Source: a bacterium (GTDB lineage Bacteria; Margulisbacteria; Marinamargulisbacteria; CANKTL01). Taken from it: 42,935 nucleotides of DNA. Position numbers and translations under genes: made by a program. The notes beneath the pieces are model-generated. The model was not told the DNA's origin. It worked only from the letters and a program-made list of their open reading frames with translations, and did not search any database. Position 1 is the first letter of the stretch, and each line of letters opens with the position of its first letter. The DNA is taken from the NCBI GenBank assembly GCA_947486405.1, contig CANKTL010000002.1, positions 1 through 42,935 on the forward strand, read 5' to 3'. Positions 18,457 to 27,914 of the stretch are shown here, in pieces.

Positions 18457-18585
18457 GGGCGGTCAGAAAAGGCGTGAGATGTGCAATTTCTCGTTTTGCG
18501 CAGACTACCAAGGAGCGGAGCGAATGCGCAGCGGTGTAGTTAAGCAAAGCGAAAATTGTGCAGATTGCGTCTTTTGTGACTGCCC
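18457..18585 (+). repeat. Long-hairpin intergenic element, copy 1 (core 18466-18576)
   Basis: Near-identical to 33563-33677 and reverse-complementary to 40981-41089. It folds by hand into one long imperfect hairpin. It ends 1-10 nt from the stop of the convergent PorV-like gene. Confidence 0.85.
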
Positions 18586-19524
18586 TTACGGAATGAACAT
18601 GTAGCCTAGGCTAAATCTCCATACATCTGCGATAACGGTGTTTTCGGGATTGCTCCAGGACAGGTCCATTCTCAGCCGTTCTAAGTAGATGCCGGTACCT
18701 AATGTTAAATCAAACTTGGCGCCACCTTGAGTGGTTACGTTGTCCAATCCCAACCGAATCGGGACTATGGGGCTAACCCAGTATTCAGTACCCAAATGAT
18801 ACTTGAAAGGACGCGAAGGGCGGATATCAATATCTCCGGCTGCGATCCAATTCGGGAAAATCGCATAGTCTGCGCCAATCTTTAGATTGCGGGGTACGGT
18901 GTCCACGTTACCAGAGGCGGTGTTCCATACCATGCGCGGTTGCAGTGCATTTTGCACGATAGCCGCCACGGCCAATTGCTCCGACACTTTGTAACTTGCT
19001 GCGACATCGACACCATAGCCACTGGCCCGATTGGAATCTAAGGCTTCGGACAAGACTTTAACCGATGCGCCCAGGCTTAATTCAGGCGTGATTTGCTTCC
19101 CTGTAGAGAGGAAAACAGCGGACGCGCTATAAGAAAACTCGTCTCCGGTTGCAATAAATCGCCCACTATCGCTCAAGGTATCCAGAGTGGTCCGTCGAAT
19201 ACCGGGGGTATTTGCGCCATAAAAGCCCAAGCCCATCGACCATTCGCCAACCGGTCCGGCCACCTGAACATTTGAAAAATTGGTTTCAAACGCTGAAGTA
19301 ACCATACCGTTGACGTCGATATTTTTAACATTGGTCAATTTGGCAGGGTTCCAATACACCGACTGACTATCGCCCACCACACTCACATAGGCCATTCCCA
19401 TCCCAGCGGCCCGCGCCCCAATGCCTTGCTCGATAAACGCACCGGCATTGTCTGAGGCAAAAGCTGGCACCGTGGCCATAACTGCAATTCCGATTCCAAG
19501 TAATCCCTGTTTCATCATGGTCAT
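18586..19524 (-). CDS. PorV/PorQ-like outer-membrane beta-barrel protein
   Basis: Signal peptide ..AVMATVPAFA. N-terminal motif GARAAGMGMAYVSVVGDSQSVYWNPAKL is typical of PorV-like porins. The rest has an alternating beta-strand pattern. SD GGAGG; it starts 10 nt after the giant gene's stop. Confidence 0.65.
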   Translation of the reverse strand: MTMMKQGLLGIGIAVMATVPAFASDNAGAFIEQGIGARAAGMGMAYVSVVGDSQSVYWNPAKLTNVKNIDVNGMVTSAFETNFSNVQVAGPVGEWSMGLGFYGANTPGIRRTTLDTLSDSGRFIATGDEFSYSASAVFLSTGKQITPELSLGASVKVLSEALDSNRASGYGVDVAASYKVSEQLAVAAIVQNALQPRMVWNTASGNVDTVPRNLKIGADYAIFPNWIAAGDIDIRPSRPFKYHLGTEYWVSPIVPIRLGLDNVTTQGGAKFDLTLGTGIYLERLRMDLSWSNPENTVIADVWRFSLGYMFIP

Positions 19525-19534
19525 CCCCTCCTGC

Positions 19535-22500
19535 CTATTTCAACACCGCGATTTTAACTTTTTTCACAATTTTCTCACTACCGTTGTCGCAAAGAATGTA
19601 AGCCACATAGACACCATTCGCAACCAACTCACCATATTTGTTTCGGCCGTTCCACTGCACTGTATTAAATCCAGCAGTGCCATTGGTTTGACCTTTGATT
19701 AACTTCGTTTCCCACAATTTCTCACCGCTGATGCTGTATACATAAATTGTAACGTCGGCATCTTGAGACAATTGGTATTGAATGTTGGTGCTTTGCCGAT
19801 TGGGGTTAAATGGATTCGGACCGTTTAACACATTCGCCACTTGGAAGCCCGCTTCAATGTTGAAGGTTGGTGACTTGTAGACCGTGGTGTTGGCATTCAA
19901 GTCAGCCACCGTTAGCTGAGCGACATACTGGCCACCCCCCAATTTATTCAAGTTCATATTGGCCGTTACCAATGTATTACCGGTGGCACCGTTGCCATTA
20001 CCTGAATTGCTAACGCCGGTTACATCTGATGTCGCAAGCGTTGCGGTATCAATTTTGATCATCTTAATCGACCAGGCACCGACACCGGAATCACCCACTT
20101 GTGGTTCAGAAATCGTGAATTTTATTTTGGCACTGGTTTTAATATAGTCGCCAGCTTCGATAGTCTTGTCATCAAATTTTACTGAATTAACGGTTGGGGC
20201 AGTCTGATCCACCACATCCAAAACACCAAACAATGAGAAGTGAGTCACGCGAAATCTAATATATTTCTCGTCGGTATCGCCCACACCGTCTACAGCTAGT
20301 CGGTCAACTATTTCGATGTTGGAAATACCCTCTTGTGTCCAAGTTTTAGTCGCTGGGTTGAAGTACCACGGCTCAACACGGTTGGTAGAACCGGCTGGGA
20401 TTGGAATCGAGACGATGGCATATCGTTGTGATTGAAGGGCTTGGCCGATGGTTATATCCACCAACGACGCTGGGCCAGTTGCCAATCGACGGTAAGCCAC
20501 GGTGATCGGATATTCGCTGGGCTCGTGGTTAGTATCAATGATTGGTGCTACATCAGAAGCCAGTGATCCCACTGGGAAGTCCACATAGATCGGACCGGCC
20601 ACAGATGACGCGCCTGGCACTCGAAGACTTGAGCGAACGCCCCATTTTACGATGATCTCCGCACTGCGACTGGTTTCTCGGCCTCGGGCATCAATACCAG
20701 CCACTGAGATTCGGGCATCGCGGGTGTTATCAAAGCGAATGTTATCGAACACAAAGTAGTTAGGTTGATCTGCCGAGCCGACAATGGTTTTTGGAGAGGT
20801 TACCAAAGAAGTGACCTGAATATTTCGGGTAACGGCCTTAGAGGCAATGGTCGCCACAGGGCTACCGTTGATATAAAGCTTAACCTGAACAGTACCAGCA
20901 GACACGGTTCCGTATATCGCCGGGCTGGTCACTGAGGTATTTACAGATTCCGCCAACAAGCGTGGTACTGACGCAGGCTCAACTGCCGCCGGTGGGTTAA
21001 ATGTAATCACCGCATCAGTAGCGTTTACTGGATTGTGGTTTTCATCAAAGAACACTACTCGGATTGGGTTATCACCCGGCGCCAAGTTTGGAATCGTAAC
21101 GGTCCAAGTATTTCCGACCACCGTCGCAGGAATTACCGATCCATCAGGTAGGATAACTTCAACGACGGTCGCACCAGGTACCAAATTACCGGTTACGGTT
21201 TGTGTGCTGTTTGAGTTATCAGTTGGCACTACCACTTCGGTATCGAATCGATCCAAGACGGTGACAAGTCTTGAGTTACGGGTATCTTGCTTACGCAATA
21301 CGATGTTTTTAAGCGTTAACGTCACTGGATTGGCACTGGCGTTGTTACGATCAACCACCAATTGGATCGACTCGATATTATTTAGATCGATGCGATTATT
21401 CAGTACATCGCCGTTCACTGTATCCAATACAAATGCACTTGCGTTGATGGTCACGCCTGAAGTGAAGAATGCGTCACTCGAAACAAATGAAAACTCACGT
21501 TGCTTCCAAATTTCTTTTCGGCCATTTTCAGACCGCTCTACTGCTACTAGGTAGGTTTTTACGGGGGCATTAATCGATGATTTGATGTCATAAGTTAAAT
21601 AGCCCAAGGTGGCCGTCTGAGTTTGAAGTGAGCGTTCGTACAAACTAACCACTGCCGCACTGGCCTCAACGGTCGGCGTAATGATGATACCTTCACCCCA
21701 GTTGAACCCGGGTTGCGTATTATCAGAGTTACCTGCGTTAAAGTTGAGGGTCAATCCGGCAAATCCATCACCCGCCGCTAATGTGTTGGTAGCTGTAAAC
21801 AAGTTCAAGCCAGTCATAGACTTCAGTTCGTGTACCGGAATTTCGCCGTTGTTCCAGCTTACGATGAAATCTGAAACCACGTCTCGAACGTTGCCGTAGT
21901 AGTCAGTGACATTTCGAATACTAACCGTGGCCACCACTCGGTTGGCGCTTGCTGGAACGGTACCGGTAATTATCCACTCATCATTTACAAACTGAAGCGC
22001 TGCATCAGCAACGGCCTCACCGTTAGCGACAACTGCTACGGTCGGTCGAAGTGTGGTGCTTAAGCCACCCAATTCGTCAAAGTGCGGTTTAATTGTGAAT
22101 GAATTTGCAATGGGGTTGGCCACTACATTCGAAGTGACATATACCGGTCGGTCCGTGTCGTTGGCGGTTTTAACATCGTCAATCCACACTGTCGCGTTTC
22201 CGGTGGTTGCACCTCGGAATACAAAGTAGAAGATGTTTTTAACACCGTTTAAATCCAGTTGGCGGTTACCGACGGTACCTGCGGTGTCTAACTTAAAGAT
22301 TTGCTCATTCAATCCGAAGCCAAAGCGTTTGAAGTCGGTAGGCAATGTCACTCGGCGTGAAATCCATACTTCGTTATCTGAATCTTGCAGCGCCACTGCA
22401 AATTCAACAGATCCACTTGGCGCATTTGATTTTACAACCATTGCCAGAGTTTGCGCACCCGTGAAGTTATATGCGCTGCTGTCTGATTTGTTTTGAATCA

Positions 22501-25423
22501 GCAATGATCCCCAGTTGGGCTGACCGTTCACATCCGCACCGGTTCCGAAATCGTGAACCAATTTAATAGAGGCTACTGACTCAGGCAGCTTGTCGGTTAG
22601 CGTTGAGAAATCCAAGACGGTTGATACGGTATGGTTTTGAATTTCAAATGTGTTGTTTTCATTGTTAGGACCAAAGTGAGTCACTCGAGCAATGTTGCCA
22701 TCACGAACTACAGTAAAGCCTGGCGCTTCAGGATTTTCGGGATTGTTGCGGCCACTGATCGCGATTGCTTTGGTAAATGGCAACGAAACGTTTCCAGATT
22801 GGTCGATCACATTTGAAACCACTACGGTTACCGGTACTTGGCCAATTGGCAATGTGCCCGTTACCGTTAATTTAGAATTGGTAAATTGAGTGATGGTTAC
22901 CGGCACCACGGTGTCATCGCTAATGCGAGTCACAGTGATAGTCGGTTGTACAGCACCAACACCACCCAGCTCTTGGATGCTGGCTTCTAGTGTGAAGGTG
23001 TCGGCTTGAGAAGTAGTGGTCACGTCGGTAACAACGGGTTTCACATCGTCGATGCGGGTATGGACCATGTCCATATAAACTTCTGCGTTTCCAGTTGCGG
23101 TACCGCGGTAGATAAAATAGTAAACCGATTTAATGCGGGCCGCATCAAAAGTTTTGTTACCGCCAGTGGGTCCGGTTACATCTAAGGTTAAGGCCTTGTT
23201 GTCCAATCCCACTGAATACAATTCATACGCGTTGGTTAATGTGAATCGCTCAGACACCCATCGTTCATTGATTGCCGTGTTGCCGTTATCTTCTTCAAAT
23301 CCAATCGCCATTGTAATCGGTGCGCTGGCGTCTTTGGATTTTGCATAAAACCCAAGGGTACGGAACCCCGCCAAGTTAAACGCCGATTGATCGCGGTTGC
23401 GGTGAAGTAGAATAGCACCCCAGTTGGATACGCTGGCCGAATCACCCCGTGGTGTCGCAAAGTCTGTACCATCGCCAAATGCCAAGTTTACTTTCAATGC
23501 ACCCATTCCTGCCTGTGAGCTGGTTGAGTTTTGGAACACGGTGGTGTCGGTTAAGTTGAAGGTCAATCCGTTAGTGAAGTTCAAACCGGTGATCTGGGTA
23601 TTGCGAACCAATGGCGCGTCAAACGGAGGTTCATCAGTAAGGTCAAGGCGGGTTAAGTCATCCACCACGGTAGGTGTGCCCGCTACCGTATATTTTTGAC
23701 CAAAATCAAAAAAGGTTAGAACGGTTTGATTATTCGGGAGCGGCACAAACAAGGGGTTAAATTGCAGTTCTTGAGTTAATCTTGCGGTATTTCCTGCTAA
23801 GTCTCGAATGCCCGTAACATTTAATTGAACAGTGCCACCTGTAATAGATTCAGGCATTGTTCCAGCCAATAGCAACGATCCGTTTGTGTAAGATACAACG
23901 TTAACACCCACTACATTCGCGCCTTGCGCCAAAGTTACAGTTGGTCGAGCAGCATAATCCATACCACCGCCATCACTCACAGGCACTCTGATTTGGAAGT
24001 CACCACGCGTTAATGTTCGGTTGGTTAATGTTAGGTCACCCAGTTGAGGTGCCAATGTATCGGTATTCGATTTCAGGATCTCATCCAAGTAGATCGCTTG
24101 TGGTTGGTTATTGTCAGATGTTTTATAAAAGAAGTAATACACCGCTTTCACATTGTCTAAATTCAACACGCGATTGCCGTTTTGTGCGCCATCAGTGCTC
24201 AAACGAAGGGCTACGTTATTCAATCCCACTTCAAATCGTTGGTATGTCGCTGAGTTCAGCTTCATCCGGTCAGAAATCCAGATTTCTTGCTCAGCATCCG
24301 CACCGCCCTCTGCAAAGGCAACTGCAAATTGAACATCGCTATCGCTAGCATTCGCTTTTCGGGCATATAACGAAATATAGTCCCAGGTCGACAAATTCAT
24401 TGGAACCATCGTCGGATTCACTGCTGCACCGTTAGTTTGCTGCTCGTTTAACAACACGCCCCAGTTCACCGCAGAAACAGCTTGGTTGTTAAATGGAATA
24501 TCGATCCGAGCTGCGTTTGAACCTGCAAACACTTCCGCCGACACCGCATTTTCAGGTTTGAAAACGGTTGAAATGGCAAGTCCACCAGAAGTTAGCCCGT
24601 TAACCGCTGACAGTGAAAGGAAGTTAGGTTGAGTAGATAAAACACTGCGGGTATCGTTACCGCCGTCGCTTGAAGAAGTCGATGCCCCTTCAAAGTTTGC
24701 CAATATTCCCGATTCAATTGGATTTTGAGGCCGTGAATTTCGAGAAATCAAGATCGGCCCGCCCACTGCTGAGAAATCAGCGGCTCTTGAAATTGTTAAT
24801 GTTAGGTTATCCGCAAAAATGCTTTGCCCAGTACCGGTTGTGATCAATCGGATTTCAATAATATTAGTAAGGTCCAATGTGCCGTCTACCGGTGTACCGC
24901 TCACTTCATACTCAGAGGCATTCAGATCAGCCCCCATTACCGTGTAAGTCGTGTTAACGGTTTGAGCATTACGCTGAATCCACACTTCGCCACTGGCCTC
25001 AACTAGCGCAACCTTAGCGGTTACCCCCGTGCCAGACGCTTTCATGAAATAGATCAATTGGCGATATGAAGTAAGGTTGGTTCGGCCATCAACAAAATAT
25101 TCCCACGACATTTGGCCAGGGGCTTGTGTATAGGCTAAAGATCGGTTGCCCGCATATTTTTGAGCTGGGGCAGTCGTTAAACCCATTTGGGTAGCACCAT
25201 TTTCAATCAGGTGCCATCGGGCCGTTACATCGGCGGGATTCGGCAATTCCGCGTCTTCTAAAATTCGGTCAGCAAAACCACTCGCGCCACCTCCCAAATT
25301 GACATCGAATGAAACAACGACGTCGGCGGCAAACACAGTCGTTGCCCCCACTACAGCCACGACGGCAAGCGCAATTCCCTGCCCCAAAAGTCTCATTAAT
25401 CCTGTTTTAATTTGTATTCTCAT
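19535..25423 (-). CDS. Giant modular cell-surface protein with a FlgD-Ig/T9SS-type C-terminal domain
   Basis: Signal peptide MRIQIKTGLMRLLGQGIALAVVAVVGATTVFA. Four to five diverged ~300-350 aa modules, each with a jelly-roll-like part (NWG..L...; E.WIS.R; NLDNVK..YYF.Y) and an Ig-like part. C-terminus NPFNPNRQSTNIQYQL..VTIYVYSISGEKLW..VQWNGRNKYGELVANGVYVAYI. ATG 25423 has the SD GAGG; an alternative ATG lies at 25462. Confidence 0.8.
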   Translation of the reverse strand: MRIQIKTGLMRLLGQGIALAVVAVVGATTVFAADVVVSFDVNLGGGASGFADRILEDAELPNPADVTARWHLIENGATQMGLTTAPAQKYAGNRSLAYTQAPGQMSWEYFVDGRTNLTSYRQLIYFMKASGTGVTAKVALVEASGEVWIQRNAQTVNTTYTVMGADLNASEYEVSGTPVDGTLDLTNIIEIRLITTGTGQSIFADNLTLTISRAADFSAVGGPILISRNSRPQNPIESGILANFEGASTSSSDGGNDTRSVLSTQPNFLSLSAVNGLTSGGLAISTVFKPENAVSAEVFAGSNAARIDIPFNNQAVSAVNWGVLLNEQQTNGAAVNPTMVPMNLSTWDYISLYARKANASDSDVQFAVAFAEGGADAEQEIWISDRMKLNSATYQRFEVGLNNVALRLSTDGAQNGNRVLNLDNVKAVYYFFYKTSDNNQPQAIYLDEILKSNTDTLAPQLGDLTLTNRTLTRGDFQIRVPVSDGGGMDYAARPTVTLAQGANVVGVNVVSYTNGSLLLAGTMPESITGGTVQLNVTGIRDLAGNTARLTQELQFNPLFVPLPNNQTVLTFFDFGQKYTVAGTPTVVDDLTRLDLTDEPPFDAPLVRNTQITGLNFTNGLTFNLTDTTVFQNSTSSQAGMGALKVNLAFGDGTDFATPRGDSASVSNWGAILLHRNRDQSAFNLAGFRTLGFYAKSKDASAPITMAIGFEEDNGNTAINERWVSERFTLTNAYELYSVGLDNKALTLDVTGPTGGNKTFDAARIKSVYYFIYRGTATGNAEVYMDMVHTRIDDVKPVVTDVTTTSQADTFTLEASIQELGGVGAVQPTITVTRISDDTVVPVTITQFTNSKLTVTGTLPIGQVPVTVVVSNVIDQSGNVSLPFTKAIAISGRNNPENPEAPGFTVVRDGNIARVTHFGPNNENNTFEIQNHTVSTVLDFSTLTDKLPESVASIKLVHDFGTGADVNGQPNWGSLLIQNKSDSSAYNFTGAQTLAMVVKSNAPSGSVEFAVALQDSDNEVWISRRVTLPTDFKRFGFGLNEQIFKLDTAGTVGNRQLDLNGVKNIFYFVFRGATTGNATVWIDDVKTANDTDRPVYVTSNVVANPIANSFTIKPHFDELGGLSTTLRPTVAVVANGEAVADAALQFVNDEWIITGTVPASANRVVATVSIRNVTDYYGNVRDVVSDFIVSWNNGEIPVHELKSMTGLNLFTATNTLAAGDGFAGLTLNFNAGNSDNTQPGFNWGEGIIITPTVEASAAVVSLYERSLQTQTATLGYLTYDIKSSINAPVKTYLVAVERSENGRKEIWKQREFSFVSSDAFFTSGVTINASAFVLDTVNGDVLNNRIDLNNIESIQLVVDRNNASANPVTLTLKNIVLRKQDTRNSRLVTVLDRFDTEVVVPTDNSNSTQTVTGNLVPGATVVEVILPDGSVIPATVVGNTWTVTIPNLAPGDNPIRVVFFDENHNPVNATDAVITFNPPAAVEPASVPRLLAESVNTSVTSPAIYGTVSAGTVQVKLYINGSPVATIASKAVTRNIQVTSLVTSPKTIVGSADQPNYFVFDNIRFDNTRDARISVAGIDARGRETSRSAEIIVKWGVRSSLRVPGASSVAGPIYVDFPVGSLASDVAPIIDTNHEPSEYPITVAYRRLATGPASLVDITIGQALQSQRYAIVSIPIPAGSTNRVEPWYFNPATKTWTQEGISNIEIVDRLAVDGVGDTDEKYIRFRVTHFSLFGVLDVVDQTAPTVNSVKFDDKTIEAGDYIKTSAKIKFTISEPQVGDSGVGAWSIKMIKIDTATLATSDVTGVSNSGNGNGATGNTLVTANMNLNKLGGGQYVAQLTVADLNANTTVYKSPTFNIEAGFQVANVLNGPNPFNPNRQSTNIQYQLSQDADVTIYVYSISGEKLWETKLIKGQTNGTAGFNTVQWNGRNKYGELVANGVYVAYILCDNGSEKIVKKVKIAVLK

Positions 25424-25671
25424 TGTGACCTCATCCCCCTTTTGCCTTAAACTACCTATCAACCTTTACGCATACTTTGAGTTCAAATTTTATCGTTGGT
25501 AGGGTGTTCCCCACTAAGTTATCGAATCAAGGCTGGGTAAATTTCATTCTGTTTGGGATTGCGGTAAGGAGAGTGCTTGAAAATATAAAGACCCAGCTTC
25601 GGCAGGATTATCTCTGATTTTTTTCAAATTATCTAGCGAATAATTAATGGTGTGTGATACTGTTTGACGCT

Positions 25672-27882
25672 ATGACGTTCAAACCAGGCAAGCGATCAGG
25701 GGCGCCTCGGCCGACCAAGAGGCCCAAAGGACTCTCTTATAATACAAGATTAAATACCCAACGCCGCGTTTCAGGTGTAATGCGCAAGGTTGTGTACTAC
25801 GGTCTCGTCATTGGGTCGTTTATGGCAGTTGTAATGGCCATCATTATTATTAACGTCTCTAGGACGCTGCCGGATGTGAATTCAATCAGCACCTACGTGC
25901 CGCTCGAAACCACCAAGATTTATTCAGACGATGGCATCATTCTGGCGCAGCTTCATGAGGAAGAAAACCGAATGGTTATTCCCCTCTCCGAAATTTCGCC
26001 CACCATTAAAGATACGGTCGTGGCGATTGAAGACCGGGAGTTTTATTCCCACCCTGGTATTAATATTCAGGGGATTTTCCGGGCACTATTTCGTGACATC
26101 ATCGCCGGTAGCTTCGTCGAAGGCGGGAGCACGCTCACTCAGCAGCTGGCCCGAAACTTATTCTTAAAGAAACAAAAGAAAATCTCTCGAAAAATTGCCG
26201 AGGCCATTTTAGCAATTCAAATGGAACGTAAATATTCCAAGCAAGAAATATTAGAAATGTACCTTAATCAGGTGTATTGGGGGCATAACGCCTATGGGAT
26301 TGAATCAGCGTCCCTTCAATATTTTGGCAAACACGCGTCTGAAATAAACATCCCGCAGGCTGCGATGTTGGTGGGGATATTAAGCGGCCCTGAACTATAT
26401 TCCCCATTCAGAAATTTTGAATTGGCCAAAAGTCGGCAAGAAATTGTCCTCAATCGGATGGTGGAACTGGGGAAAATCTCCAAAATTGACGCCGACCGAT
26501 ACAAACGTCAGGATTTGGAAATAGCAAATCGGCGCATGTTGCGCTACAAAGCACCGTACTTTACCGAATATATCGTTCAGCAACTTATTGAACGTTACGG
26601 AGAGCAGGCGGCATATACCTCGGGGATGCGGGTCTATACCTCGCTGAACTATGACATGCAACGCAAAGCCGAGACGGTGGTTAAGAAATACGTGGACATG
26701 GGCCAATCCATCCAGCAGACCCAGTCCGGAAAACCCGTGCCGAACCTTCATTTTGACCAAGGCGCCTTGCTTGCGATGGACCCGCGCACCGGGTACATCC
26801 TTGCGATGCAAGGGGGAACCGATTTTCGGGTAAGCGCCTTTAACCGTACGATCCAAGCCAAACGGCAACCAGGATCGGCGTTTAAGCCCTTTGTTTACCT
26901 GGCCGGCCTTGAAAAAGGGATGACGTCCAGCACGATTATTGATGACAGTCCCATTACCTTTAATACCGGAAACGGTACTTATTCCCCTCAGAACTACACG
27001 CAAGAGTACTTGGGTCCTATTCCGTTACGAAAGGCCCTCGAGCTATCAATCAACATTGTAGCGATCAAAATTACCAACATTGTGGGTCCCAAATATGTCA
27101 TCAACGTGGCACGGCGACTGGGCTTAAAATCGCCTCTTTTACCGGTGTTATCGCTGCCATTAGGGGCGAATGAAACGACTATGCTTGAAATGACCTCGGT
27201 ATATGGGGTATTGGCCAACAATGGCGTTCGGGTCGAGCCCGTAAGCATTGTTCGAATAGAAGATCGCAATGGGGTTCCTTTATACAAAAGCCGTTTCGAA
27301 GAAAAGCGGGTTTTCGACCCTGATTTAATCGCCACTTTGGTTGATATGATGAAGGGAGTGGTGGATTATGGCACGGGCAAAGCCGCCAAGTTGCCGCGTC
27401 CGATGGCGGGCAAAACCGGCACGACCTCCGATTACCGCGACGCCTGGTTTATCGGATTCGTCCCCCAAATGGTCACTGCAACCTGGGTCGGTAACGACAA
27501 CTACACGCCGATGAATGGCGTTACGGGTGGCTGGATTCCCGCGATGATGTGGAAAGACTTTATGATGTACGCCTTACGCAGCACCCCACCTCGCGAGTTT
27601 ATGGCCGCTGGTGGCGCAACCCCGCATCACGATAACTGGGAAACAGGTACGCCCAAACGAGAAATCTACCTTGATGATGCCGCCCCGGCCCTAGAGACAC
27701 ATGACAATGGAGAAACCACCGAAAATGCCGTCCCGGTGACGCCCACGAAAGCACCTGCCGAACCCGTGCGTCAGACAGAAGCCCCTCGGGCCGCCACACC
27801 CGGCACTGCCCCTGTTTCAGCGCACAGCGAGCCAGCTGAAACCCAGGATCAAAAAATTATGGAATTTTTTAACCCGCGATAA
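25672..27882 (+). CDS. Class A penicillin-binding protein (glycosyltransferase + transpeptidase)
   Basis: GT51 motifs EDREFYSHPGI and GGSTLTQQL. Transpeptidase motifs SAFKPF (SxxK), SIN (SxN) and KTGTT. Pro/Ala/Thr-rich C-terminal tail. Alternative GTG start at 25654. Confidence 0.9.
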   Translation: MTFKPGKRSGAPRPTKRPKGLSYNTRLNTQRRVSGVMRKVVYYGLVIGSFMAVVMAIIIINVSRTLPDVNSISTYVPLETTKIYSDDGIILAQLHEEENRMVIPLSEISPTIKDTVVAIEDREFYSHPGINIQGIFRALFRDIIAGSFVEGGSTLTQQLARNLFLKKQKKISRKIAEAILAIQMERKYSKQEILEMYLNQVYWGHNAYGIESASLQYFGKHASEINIPQAAMLVGILSGPELYSPFRNFELAKSRQEIVLNRMVELGKISKIDADRYKRQDLEIANRRMLRYKAPYFTEYIVQQLIERYGEQAAYTSGMRVYTSLNYDMQRKAETVVKKYVDMGQSIQQTQSGKPVPNLHFDQGALLAMDPRTGYILAMQGGTDFRVSAFNRTIQAKRQPGSAFKPFVYLAGLEKGMTSSTIIDDSPITFNTGNGTYSPQNYTQEYLGPIPLRKALELSINIVAIKITNIVGPKYVINVARRLGLKSPLLPVLSLPLGANETTMLEMTSVYGVLANNGVRVEPVSIVRIEDRNGVPLYKSRFEEKRVFDPDLIATLVDMMKGVVDYGTGKAAKLPRPMAGKTGTTSDYRDAWFIGFVPQMVTATWVGNDNYTPMNGVTGGWIPAMMWKDFMMYALRSTPPREFMAAGGATPHHDNWETGTPKREIYLDDAAPALETHDNGETTENAVPVTPTKAPAEPVRQTEAPRAATPGTAPVSAHSEPAETQDQKIMEFFNPR

Positions 27883-27914
27883 TCTCGCATTTTTAAGGAA
27901 GGATTAATCTATCT

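Noticed and set aside
18457-18585. Hairpin elements interpreted as integron attC sites
   Set aside because: The size, imperfect palindromy and position just after stop codons resemble attC. However, the copies are dispersed among housekeeping genes over 22 kb, there is no intI or cassette array, and the outer ends lack RYYYAAC/GTTRRRY cores. The only GTTAAGC lies internally, near the apex.
21033-21554. 173 aa plus-strand ORF, and many other 60-110 aa ORFs antisense within the giant surface-protein gene
   Set aside because: All lie inside and antisense to a 5.9 kb ORF with clear domain signatures. They are low-complexity Ser/Thr/Val-rich mirror translations.
26395-27003. 202 aa minus-strand ORF inside the PBP gene, with similar antisense ORFs inside dinG (6581-7221), tig (11244-11693), clpP/clpX (12883-13326), the cyclase (37738-38142) and the GT2 gene (40321-40719)
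   Set aside because: Each is antisense to a gene with unambiguous catalytic motifs, and none has a recognisable motif or ribosome-binding site.
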